From NCBI GenBank assembly GCA_039545335.1, contig BCIN01000003.1, positions 2,551,060-2,615,059 on the forward strand: a DNA stretch of 64,000 bases. The letters run 5' to 3'. Shown here one piece after another: positions 13,256 to 24,807 of the stretch. A program made the translations under genes and the position numbers. Source of the DNA: Kondoa subrosea (taxonomy: Eukaryota). Numbering within the stretch: the stretch's first letter is position 1; each line of letters starts with the position of its first letter. The notes under the pieces were generated by a model. It was not told the origin of the DNA. It was given only the letters and a program-made list of their open reading frames with translations, and did not search any database.

Positions 13256-14965
13256 ATGCAAAGTCTGCTCCTCTGGTTTTGCTGTGTCGGCTGCGTCTGG
13301 CTAATACTGTATGGGGCCCGCAAGACATGGATTAAACGTATTCGTGCTGGGATTGAGCTCAAGCTTGGATTTGGCTGGGTCTTCGCTACATTACCTGTAA
13401 ACAAGAAGCTCTGGCTGCCACTGAACAAGCGCGTCTTCAAGGTCTTCTACGATATTGGAGCAATTGCATCCGTCGCAAGCATTTATCTATGCGAAGCATA
13501 TCTCTTGCACTCGACTGTCTTAGCTGTTTATCGCATCTTTCCCTCTGCGAGCACAAAACTTCTGCGTCTAGTACGAAGAGCCTCTATACCGCAAGAGGAA
13601 GAATCCTCAAGTGGTGGTCTAGTTCCTCTTATACCCGGCCTAACAGTACCGCTCGATCAAATCCTACCTATGCTTCTCGCCGGAATACTAGCTGGTTTCT
13701 CGCATGAAGTACTCGGTCATGCTTTAGCTGCTTCAGTTGAAGATGTTTCAACTCAAGGTATCGGTGCTTTCATTCTCTTCGTTTTGCCTGGAGCATACGT
13801 CTCGCTTTCCGAAGCACATCTCCTTAGAGTACAACCTTGGGCAAGATTGAGGATAGCAACAGCTGGAGTATGGGTGAATTTGCTGTTTGCTGGTCTTTGC
13901 TGGATGGTGTCAATGCGAGGATTGGCTTTGCTTTTTCATTTTCAGCGATTGACTGCTTGGAGGGATGTCAGTCATCGAGGTTTGAACGTGGTATGGGTTG
14001 ATCCTGTTAGTTTCTCTTATTGTATTGGTGCAATGATGATAAATTCGACGATAGTCATCTGCCCTTTCCCCACTGTTGTCATCGAATGAAGTAATAGTCA
14101 AGTTGAACGATTTCGATCTCGGTACAGCCAGGGACTGGTCTAGTCTTTTATTCGCTGCAGATGCTACCCAAGATACGGGCTGGTGCGTTCCATCTAAATG
14201 GTTTGCCGGTCAGTCAATTCCCATTCGCTTCGGTATATCAACTCACTACTCTTCTAGATCTGGATAATTCGTGTTGTATCGCCGCATCTATTACCTCTGA
14301 TCGCTTCTGCTTTGCTTCAACCTCTAATCAAAGAACTTGTCTCGCGGTGCAAGATGTATTATCGCCAGCGGATCGAACTAGGTGCACTTCTGAATGTCGA
14401 TCAGGCGAAACATGCATTCAACCAGCTCTCGGTCATTCTCTCATGCGCATATATACAGAAGACAATCAGAAGAAGCAAAAATTGGTTGTATTTGCCGGGA
14501 CTGCGCAAGAGCTGGCTCGACACCTGGAGGTCTCTAGATTGCAACCCATGTTACCTTTTTTGTCTTCTGAGATTATCACAGAAGGTTTTTTGACGTGAGC
14601 TTTGTGACCTCTGGTCAATGATTGAGACTGATCGGCTTTAAAGACTCTTGCAAAGCCTTAATCTAGGTTTCTTCTTCATCAACAGTCTGCTTCTGCCTCA
14701 TCTAGACGGATCGGAAACTATCAATGCTGCTCTTGCATGCGCTGAAGACTATCAGATGGCTTTGACAATGTCAAACACCGATTCGCCGGCTCGCATTCGG
14801 CCACTCTTTCGAACACTTCATCTCCTTCTTGTCAAGACAGAATATCACAAGCTACTGCTCCAACGTCTCACAATGCTAATGCTGTGCATTTCTTTGCTTT
14901 TATCAATCTACAACGCAATAAGTCAAATACTCTACGGATCAACTCTACTCCCTTCAGCTTCCTGA
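13256..14965 (+). CDS. Site-2 protease (M50 metalloprotease, MBTPS2/Stp1-like) with atypical HEVLGH motif
   Basis: LVPLIPGLTVPL, HEVLGH, PGAYV, RLRIATAGVWVN, Cys-rich lumenal insert, NSLLLPHLDG. Confidence 0.85.
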
Positions 14966-16862
14966 ATCCCTTTGTTAGTCCAATCATCAAGTAAAAGACC
15001 CAATTTCGCGACCGAAGCTTTAGCCCAACCCGTTTCCTTTGGATTGAAACCAGCTTTACCCTGCGATAAACCTTCTTCCCTCAAACAAACCCACAGTTTC
15101 TTCCATTGCGATCCGTACAGTGATTGCAGTTTGGATCCCAAGACGGACAGAACAGCTTCAATGAGTTGAGGAGTGGGTTCAAGGGAAACAAGAGGAGCGG
15201 CGAAGAAGTGGATCAAGAGCTTCCAAGCTGCTGCAGGACGGAATTGAGCGGGCACGTTAGGATCAAGAGGAGCTACGAAGACGATCGAGAGGTAGAGGGA
15301 AAGAATGCCAGTCATTCGTGCTGAATACGCCATGAGGGTTTCGTTTTGTGATGGAGGAAGGTAGCCCAGAAGCTTGAGATGTGCTTCAGGGGATTGCACC
15401 TGCGAATCGAATTTCAGCGGAAGATTCGATCAGAGGCGTATAGTACCTACAGTGGATCGAGGTGGGTAAAAACCAGTAACCCAAAAGCACTTCTTGACAA
15501 AGCGTGCCATCAGAACGTCCGCGAGCTGTAAATGGCCTTGTTCGCCGACCAGTACAATAGCTAAACGACCCAAAGGAAAAGCTACTTCGATTCTTGCTGT
15601 AACTTCCATTTCAGCTTGCTTGATGAGGGATTTCGCTACATGATTTAGACCCCAAGTATAAGCTTCCTGTGACAACTGGCGTAGTGTATTGAGCGTATCG
15701 CTGATTTGTCGCGACTGTGTGACGTGTCAATGCTCTGAGAATGATACCAAAGCGGAAAACGAACTATTTCTGCAATATGCCTTGCGGAGTTGGTCAGCTG
15801 TCCGACCTTTGGTGTAATCGCTCGTTTGGCATCTCGACAAGCTTTTCGCCAGACAACATTCTCCGATACACTTGGTAAGACATTGGTCTTGATCTGCTGC
15901 ATGATTGTATGCCAATGCTGCCAACTTTCTCTCGACTCGGCATTTGCGCTGCTGGCTTTCTCCAACTTCTCTGCTTCTTGCTTTTCCAAGAGCAGTTTCT
16001 GCTCTTTTGCTTTGCGTTCGATTTCTGCCTGATGCTGTTTCTTGAGTTCTTCTTCACGCAACTTCTCAGCTTTGGCTTTAGCTTCTTCCTGAGCTATTCT
16101 CGCTTTTTGAAGAGCAGCTTCCTCTTCTTGCTTGGCTTTCTTCTCTTCCTCTTCTCGCAACCTGATAGCAGCTTCTATCGATTCCCACAATTGTTTGTTT
16201 CTCGCTTCGAATTGCTGAGTGACTTGCTGTTCTTGTACTTTCCGAGAGACTTCTAATTGTTCCAACAATGAAGCTACTGCATTGATTTCACGTTGTTTTG
16301 CCAGAACAGCAGCCTGATCTTGGGCTTTCTGAGATGAAGAATTCAGGTCAGCGAAAGCTTTGTTGGAAGCTTGAAAGTGTTCTGTTGCTCTCGTCTAGAC
16401 GCGCTGTACGTCAGTATAGGCTGCGGAGCAAGATAGAGACGAATGGGAAAGACTGACCCAAGCGAGATCTTTCTGAGTTTCCTCATGCAATTCCCAAGCA
16501 TCCAAAGTAGACCAGATAGCGAGATTGTTGACATGCTTCCGTTTAGCTGTGCTTGGTCGCGTAGGCGGCGCTCGAGGTTTGGTGCGATATTGACTTTCTA
16601 CAGGATGAGCCTCTTCTTCTGAATCTTGGGAATCAGAAGCTGATGAGGATGTGGAGGATTCAGAGTCTGATGAAGTGTAGGCTGCTATAACCCGCGATCT
16701 AGCTTTACTTTTGGCCTTGCCTTTGTCAAGAATTGGTGGATTCGACTTGGACTTGAGAATGGATGTCGTGGGCTTCTTTGTAGCTAGGTATGATTGATCT
16801 GGTATATCGGAATCATCGCTCGAGGTATCTAAATCACTATCTATCAAGCCAAACCGAGGCAT
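14932..16862 (-). CDS. GLE1: mRNA export factor / nucleoporin Gle1
   Basis: Acidic N-terminus, coiled coil, KRAITPKVGQLTNS, AKSLIKQAEMEV, LMARFVKKC, YSARMTGILSLY. Confidence 0.88.
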
Positions 16863-16928
16863 ATCTGGTCGTGTCGAGCGAAGAAAGCGGCACCAAAACA
16901 CAATGCACGTAGTAATACATTCACTCGT

Positions 16929-18372
16929 CTAGAAAGTCTCTACACCCTGGAAGTTGTTCAACACGCTCTCAATCTCATCTTGTTTCCAGAATTGATCCAT
17001 GCTGGTTCGCGCTTTCTCGTCTAGCGGTTCGCAGAATTTCCGGAGCACCAGTCTCTCGATACACTAATACAGCTTGATGTCAGCAAGAGTAGTCATAAGC
17101 AGTAGGAACGCACGCATTCTGCAACTTGTCCACTGATGTCGGTCGAACAGAACAAGTCACAAGCATTGGTAACTGTCTTGACTGGTGTTTCGATGCCCAA
17201 TTCTTTAGTTTGCGGTGGAAGCGGTAGACCAGTATTCACGATAGCTAGTTTCACTGGTCAGTCACAACACAGTGCTGGCAAATCGAGAGACAAACCTGGC
17301 GCGAGAGCATTGATGGTTATACCTTCTTCCTTTATCCGAGGCGCTAGTGCTCTCACAGTACCAACTACACCAGTCTGATTTAGTTCACACATCAGCTTGT
17401 TCTAATCTGCTTGAGGTGCGGGCTGACCTTTGAAGTTCCGTATAACACATCGCAAGGGAAAGGATAGATGCCAGCGTTGGATGCAGTGACAATAATCTTG
17501 CCTCTACTGCCTTTTGAGTCTTTATCTTGTGTTCTGAAATGCGCTAGAGCGGCATAAATTGTATAAAGAGCTCCAACCAGGTTGACATTGCTGGGCAAGG
17601 AAAGTAAGCGGATAGTCAGAGTATGGGTTGTCAGTTAGGACCTACATGACACGCATTGCCGGTAGCTCGTCTGCTAATGTTGCTAGACGTTCATGTGCGT
17701 CGGATGAAGCGAAGTTCTATAATCATATCGGACATAAGTTGTAGTCAGTCAGTACTTCAAAGACCGCTTACAGTCTTGGTCCGGTCATGGAATTCTTTGA
17801 GCTGCCTTTTATAGGTCAGTACCCTTGCCTACGACATGGCTATGAACGCGAACCTGAGCAATACCTTTGTAAAATAATCAGCAAGATTCTGCTGGAACGA
17901 ACTGCTGCACGTACCAGCATTGGCAAAAACAAAGTCTAATCTATCCTGACCAAATGCTTTGCGTCCTCCAGCGAAAGCAGCTACAATGCTTGCCCCTGTG
18001 AACATAACATCAGCTTGACCTTATACCAAGACTTGCTCTTGTGCTTACAAGAAGATACATCACAGGTCTGGAAGTTGAATTGAACATCAGGGTATCTGAA
18101 ACATCCATCAGCCATATAGTTTGACAGGTATTCAAAGCTTCACGACGCACTCTTTCCTCAAATCTTTCACTGCTTCTTCCCCGGTTTCTCCATTTATATC
18201 AGCAATAACGATGTTGGCTCCTTGTCTTGCCAAATTGGAAGCTATAGCTTTACCAATTCCATGTGCACCGCTGTTGGAACAAGAGAAAGCTTGAGCTCTT
18301 CGTACTCGAAATCCAGCAAGACTTCATGTACCCTGTGATTAATGCTGTTTTGCCTTTGAAGTCGTTGGACAT
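16929..18372 (-). CDS. Short-chain dehydrogenase/reductase
   Basis: KTALITG-GAHGIGK Rossmann motif, VFANAG, VNLVGA, TASNAG, YGTSK (YxxxK), TINALAPG. Confidence 0.88.
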
Positions 18373-18707
18373 TATAAGTTTGCTGTGATATGTAGAGGCT
18401 GTGCGAGAACAGGGTCAAAAAGAGAAGGGGAATTAGCAACCAGGTCGGAATCAGCGGCTGATCGAAATAAGCGCGGCTTTTGGCAGGGGTTTGGTGTGAA
18501 CATCTTCACGCGTACGCAAGACGCGTCTATGCTCATCAGGATATTAGACTAGTATACATACGACTGGACGCGCACGCACGCACAATAATGCGGTATAGAA
18601 TGCTCAATATTGTTACAAAATTGTGTCAAACGATAAGCCCGTGTTATTGAATCCACTGCAAGGCAGATCAGACTGTGCTGAGTGAGGAAGAACTGCCTAA
18701 CATACTA

Positions 18708-19517
18708 CTACCAGAAGCAGTCTTCTGGCTGAACGATCTTGTCTCTTCCTCCATTCGCTATACTTGCCTTTTGCGTGTCTCTCGAGCAGCATATCCGCAT
18801 ATCTAGATTCATGTATCAACCCTAGTTGGCAATCGCTTTCTGTTGAAGCTCACCATAAGCATCTTCTTCACCAGCTTTCACTCCACCAGCATAATAACCG
18901 TTGACCGTCCGATAAACGCAATAGCCCATAGATTCATACATAGCAATAGCGACTGTATTACATATATGAGTACATTGTTCAAAGAGTGTAAAAGCAGCTT
19001 ACGATTATTAGATACTCTCACAAACAAGTCCACGAAATAAGCTCTCTGCAGATCGGACACCTTTTCTAGTAGATGCATGAGTGATTTAGCCAATCCTAGT
19101 CGTCGGTAATCAGGAGCCACTGTGATTGCTGTAACGTGACCGCTAAGCAATCAATGAGTATAACTGTGCGTCACTTGTTTCCTCGCAATTGGACTGACTG
19201 CCAGTCCTTCTTCTCGCCTTCTGTCTTGCCCATAACTTTCTCAATATCATAAGCTTGATCACGAAAGAAGAATCGAGATTGATTCAGCTTACCGTAGCCC
19301 ATCAAAGTCCCATCTGGCGTTTCTTGCACTGAGAAGAGATCAGGCCAAGCTGACATGTTGGCCAAATAGTAAGACACAGCATACTACAGGACAATGATCA
19401 GAGCAAAGTCTAGGACAGGTAATACGAGCGATGACACACTGTTTCCGTCCATGCATCCAAATTTATATTGTTGAATTTGAAGAGGTCATTCGCGTTCATA
19501 GGGCGTAGCAAGCTCAT
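18708..19517 (-). CDS. NAT3: NatB N-terminal acetyltransferase catalytic subunit (NAA20)
   Basis: DLFKFNNINLDAWTET, GHVTAITVAPDYRRLGLA, FVDLFVRVSN, EDAYDMR. Confidence 0.95.
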
Positions 19518-19664
19518 CTCAATGGAAAGAGCCAGAGGAACTAATGAACAGCTGTACAGAGATAGTGCTTGTCAGCAAGAAGAGACCCTCTAATGATACG
19601 CGGAAGCAAGCGACAATTTGCTGACTAAACTAACAAGCTACATATCTGTCAACCTGCCTTTAGA

Positions 19665-21317
19665 TTACCTGTCCCAACTATCTCTCTTTCCTTTCCTAGA
19701 GTGATCCTCTTCATCCGAATCTTCGCCCAATTGCAACCTTTCCTGTTCTTCAGGGAAAGCATCAAACAAGACTTCGTTATCCCCGCTTCTCCCTGCCGCT
19801 CTATTCTCATATATCCCCGCTTTTCTTACTGACGCCGATAGAGGTGAAGAATCAACCGAAGATCTTCCATGAGAGGTAGTTGAGTAATTTCGTGAGTGGT
19901 TGTTTCTGCTTGTTGCGCTTAGAGGGATATGGGAATTTGAAGGATGATGTGGTAGATGAGGTAAATGTGGATGTGGTGGATGATGAGAGTTGATATCGTT
20001 TTCATCAACTGATAATCTTGCTCCAAGCGACATGCTTTGTCTGGTTTCAAGCAAAGAATGTCTGCCTCCTCGATCTCTATCTGTAGGTAATGAACCGCCC
20101 CGATCATTCCTTTCATTCAATAGATAAACGCCAAGGAAAATGACCACGAAGCCGGCTATTAGGGAAATGGTATTGACTCCGCCTGAAGTGTTGAAGCCTC
20201 TGAAGAGGAGGAAAGAAGCGAAGATGGTTGCTGTAGAGAAACAGACATAGTAGATTGGGTTGACTACATTTGTCGAGAAGAGGTCGAGAGCCTGCGAATG
20301 TCAATTATTGCCTAATGTTGTCTGCTAGATCACCTACTTTGTTGAAGTAATTCATCTGTACAGCTATACATCCAGCTACAGTGAGACCAAACACGTAAGT
20401 AGGGGCATGAGTGAGTTGATTATTGCCAGCCAAAGTAAGTTTGAGCGCAACTCCAAAGCCCTTGATAGCCATGACTGATATCGAACCAACCAACGAGCAG
20501 ATTGAGATGTAGACAATTGGATTCTTCGATCCATATTTTGGCGCTATTCTATAAACCATAGTAAGGGTAAAAGCGAGAACGAAAAGACAATACGCCATGA
20601 AGCCTACAATACAATCAGCCCTTCATTCCTCTACTAAGTATGCACTCACCCGGCTGCATAGCGTATCCTAGTATTTCATCCACTGTTTCCACTTCTTTGT
20701 CTTCCGGTGCATGGAGCACAATAATGAGCGAGCCGACCAGACACAGCGTGCATCCAACCCTTCCTATCTTCCCTAACGACTCTTGCAAGAATATCGAAGC
20801 GAGAATAGCGCCTATAAGCACTGACAGAGCTCCTAAAGGGGTGACTAGAATTGCTGGTGCGAAAGTGTAGGCTGCAAAGTTTGCGACTGCGCAAGTCTCA
20901 GCACGCATAATGAGTGATGATTGAATAACGCACTCTCTCCCACTACCACTGTGAGCAGGAATGGAACATTTAGCATTTCCAACACTGCTAAGCCTGCTGA
21001 TCTCTGCTCACTCGTTATTATTCCAGCCCACCATGTTGCATTCCGTAGGTAGGCATAAGAATCTGAAGAGTAGCCAGAATGCCTTTCAGCAGCATCTATT
21101 AGGCCCTATATAACAAAGTCTTGAATGTTGAGAAACCCATGCTCTGGCTCGCAATTGTGAATTTTGGCTGACCTTTTTGGTGATGATGAAGGAGCTGCCT
21201 ATAGCTAAACTTGAAGAGACCGCCAAAGCCAGACCAATATATCTGTCGTTCGAAAACGCAGATCTCAACAAACTTGATTTCTGTCCAAGCAGGTAACCCG
21301 TACTTGTCCTCTACCAT
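19665..21317 (-). CDS. NIPA-family magnesium transporter (DUF803)
   Basis: YIGLALAVSSSLAIGSSFIITKK, ANFAAYTFAPAILVTPLGALSV, VYISICSLVGSISVMAIKGFG, QMNYFNKA. Confidence 0.93.
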
Positions 21318-21597
21318 GTCGGAGAATCGTCCACGAAGGATATAACAGCAGTAGCAAGGGTATTAGTAGCCCAATCCGCTCATCACGCGTCGGTTGTCAA
21401 AGACCAAGGAGTCGTCGCGAGGTGTTTCAAAAGCTGAGCATAGCTTTGTCACTGCACGCGCGCATCCCCATATTTCTTGTTAGTGCAAGTGCGGCAGCAC
21501 GTATCCGGTCTTTACAATATCGTATAATACAAAAGTTGTTGCCAGCAACCAGCCCATCCAATTACAGGTTACAGCTGCATCTTCTCCTTCTTCCTTT

Positions 21598-22251
21598 CTA
21601 ATGTCCCAGAAACAGCAAGCCGAGCAATACCACTGAGAATATCTTGATCCGCGGATTGAGAGGTGGTGCGCCTGCATAGACGATTGTTCCTCCTCCATTC
21701 GCTGGACAGCCATTAGTGCCAGGCTGCTGTTGCTGTCCTCCTTGTTGATTGCCATAGATCCAACCATTGGTTGCATTAGCACCAGAGTCGCCATTTGATG
21801 GATGGCAGCGATTGTCCGTTTCTTGCCCAACCGCCTGTTGTCGACCTTAGATAGGACAGAAGTAAGCTTCGCATACTCCAGACGCACTGAATTGACACAT
21901 GCATCACAACCTGGACCCCATGCAGTATCACCTATCAATCGTTGGAGTAAGGTAAATTGGAGCATGCGAAGGATTTGGTCACTTACCCCAGTAATTGATC
22001 GCCTCATAGCAGATACAGTAAGTGTAGTCGTCTATAATCAAGCATAAGATCGGGAGTGCAGCAAGCGGGTAAAACAAAGACTTACTACCACCGCCAACAC
22101 ATCTGTACTTGGGTGTATTGTATCCACAAGTGAATTGTGTGATACCTGGCTGACCACAAGCGTTCGATCCGCCTGTTTGTGTTTGACGTTGCAGAACAGC
22201 AGCGAAAGAAAAATTGATAAGAGAAAAAAACGATAGCAAATGTGATTTCAT
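21598..22251 (-). CDS. Small Cys-rich secreted, probably GPI-anchored protein of unknown function
   Basis: Signal peptide MKSHLLSFFSLINFSFAA; about nine Cys; spliced last exon ends ...VYAGAPPLNPRIKIFSVVLLGLLFLGH*. Confidence 0.7.
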
Positions 22252-22520
22252 CTGAAAAGGTGAATAGGGTTGGAGTTGAACTATGCGTAGCACAGGGAGG
22301 GCGAAGTGGTGCTTGTTAAGAAGAAAAAAAGAGAACAATAGCCCAAGTCCTCTTGGTAAAGATTTTCAACAAAGACCAGAAGATGACATAAGGCCAATAT
22401 CTGTCGGCAGAAAAGGGAGAGAGCAAGAAGATAAGCTTGTACGCTAATAGAAGAATAGATACAACTCGAGCAGCAAGAAAGTGAATTTAGGAGAGAAGAT
22501 GTCGAGCGGATTTCGAAATA

Positions 22521-24185
22521 TCATACATACGTGCCCTGCCAAAGCTTGAGCAGACTATTGAGCACACCGACGGTTTTCGGATCGGTGAAGACGAGATGAG
22601 GCTCCACACCATCAGTTACCTCTCCCCGAATCATCTTCACCAAGGTTCTACCTGTCTTGAAACACCAGGACATTCCCACGCCTGAGAACCCAGCAGCAAC
22701 AAAGTGACCAGGAGTATTCAAAGCCCCGACAATCGGCTTTCGATCAACCGTTACTCCTTCTGCAGTGACACACGTGAGTATAGGAAAGCGAGATTCATCC
22801 GGAGACACTCACGTATGCCTGACCATTCATTGACAGCGCTTGCTTCGATTTGCGCTTTACCATCAGCATACCATTCGTGCTTGAAGAGTCGAGGCATCTC
22901 TGCTCGAAGGGCTTGCAAGACTTTCGGATCAGAAGCAGAGTCATCAAAGGTCGCCAGCTCCAGTTGGTCTCCAGCAAACATTCTTCCACCAATGATGATT
23001 TCTGAAGGTGTTCCATCTTTGGCTAGCCGTTGATGCATGTACTAAGCATAAGAATCAGCACGGCGGCAACATATTAAAGTAATACATACTTCATGTGTAC
23101 CTAGAGTAGTCTCGCCCTCGTACAAGATATACGGACCACCGAGCTGTTTCTTCTTAAGTCCTCCTTCCGGCCTGAGAGCCACTACTGATCCTCTGACAGG
23201 CATAAGACCCTGTTACATCTATCAGCTTGTAATTATGAGCGGATCAGGACAACATACCGAGTGCAATTCAGGTATTAGTTGAGCGGCATAAGCGTTTGTT
23301 GCAAAGATGACCTTCTTTGCTTTGACCTCACCACGAGAAGTATGAAAGGTTGAAAAAGTGCTGTCAGAACTTCGCACCACACTTGACACAGGTGTGTTCG
23401 CGTGACATTGAAGGCCAAGCGAGATGCACTTGCGTAGGATAGCATGGACGAATTTGTATGGCCAAAAGATCGCCGAGATATGACTGAATGCACCTATAGC
23501 ACCTGACGTTCTTGCTATCTCATCGGCTTTTGAGCCTTCATAGATTTCGGTATCGGATAAGTCCACTCCAAGAGCTTTCATGTCTTCGAAAGCAGCTTTG
23601 ACGTCTTGCCAACGTTCAGGATGATCGAAGAAGACTTCTATTCGCCTATCGTGTCTGAAGTCGATTTCATCTGTCAGAGCATTCTCTTCGATATAAGCCT
23701 GCATTTCGGCAAAGTTGGCGCGAGTGAAGTTGAATTGAGCTAAAGCTGCCTCGAAGCCGTGTCTACGAATACCGTCTCGCAACTCGATGAAGGATTGTTG
23801 CAGGCAGTGTCCACCGTTTCTGCCAGTTGCAGCTGAGCAGAGCTGTCGAGCTTCAAGTAAGATGACGGAAGCTTTCTCTTCGCCATGAAGAAGTTCAAGA
23901 CAAATGGAAGATCCAGTCAGACCGGATCCTGAAAAGCAAATGAGACGTTAAGACATTCGAAGAAGCCTATCTCACCAATGACAGCATAGTCAAAAGTTTC
24001 GTCTGGTAGTTCATTGCTGCTTTGCAGACCAGCGATGTCCGAGGGAGGAGATTGCCAGCTGTAGTCGAAGTCAGGATGATGAGTACGGCTACAACAAGAG
24101 CTCACTATGAGGTGGTTGGGCTATCAACAGGAGCAATCGCTCGACCGCGAAACAGCCAATTGAGAATCGTTAAGGTGTAATGCAT
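22521..24185 (-). CDS. FAD-dependent oxidoreductase (DAO/glycine-oxidase-like family)
   Basis: PTTSYWQ, YAVIGSGLTG, LLEARQLCSAATGRNGGH, FWPYKFV, VIFATNAY, PVRGSV, AAGFSGVGM. Confidence 0.88.
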
Positions 24186-24224
24186 TGGTTTCAAAAGCGA
24201 CCGAGCTCGTGTAAAACAGAACAA

Positions 24225-24250
24225 GAGAGGAAGGAGAGAGAGAGAGGAAG
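24225..24250. repeat. Short GA-rich microsatellite in the divergent promoter region
   Basis: gagaggaaggagagagagagaggaag. Confidence 0.5.
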
Positions 24251-24807
24251 ACGGCTATGAGCTAGACGTCGAAACCGACCTCAGGCACAGCTGAAATGCA
24301 GCAGTGCAAGTGCGAGCAAGCGAGGTGTTAATTCCACAGTTTGTTCGCCGAGTTTTTCATTAGAAGGTCTCAGAATAGACCTTCTTACACGCTTATTAGT
24401 ATAGCAAGGTTGATATAGGAGTTTACCTGTCCATGCTGTTCTATGAATTGGTTGAGCCGTACTGCGCGATCACATAATTTGACAGCGCTCCTTCGGGAAA
24501 ACGAGCAAACGAGCCTCGAACAGAACAGAAAAATTCGTCTCCAGTTTCCCAGGCCACGAGCTCGATATCAGACGCTTCTATACCAGTCAGCTATCAAAGG
24601 AAGGCGACAAGCACAAGTAGCGGAAATATACTGTGTCTCGCTGAATTTCGGGTCAAACGATAGGCGGCTCGGTTGCATAGCTCAATAAAGCGCATACACT
24701 CCTGGCCCATCGCCTTCCGCAGCCTCGACTGTCACCGGTTCTGGAAAAGAAGCGGTGAACTAAATTGAGTCAATCTGGCGTCGACTTCTCAGCAAACGTC
24801 GAAGCGG

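Noticed and set aside
18508..18573. Two ACGCGT sites plus CGCA repeats upstream of the SDR gene
   Set aside because: No link of this gene to cell-cycle control; could be generic promoter CpG content
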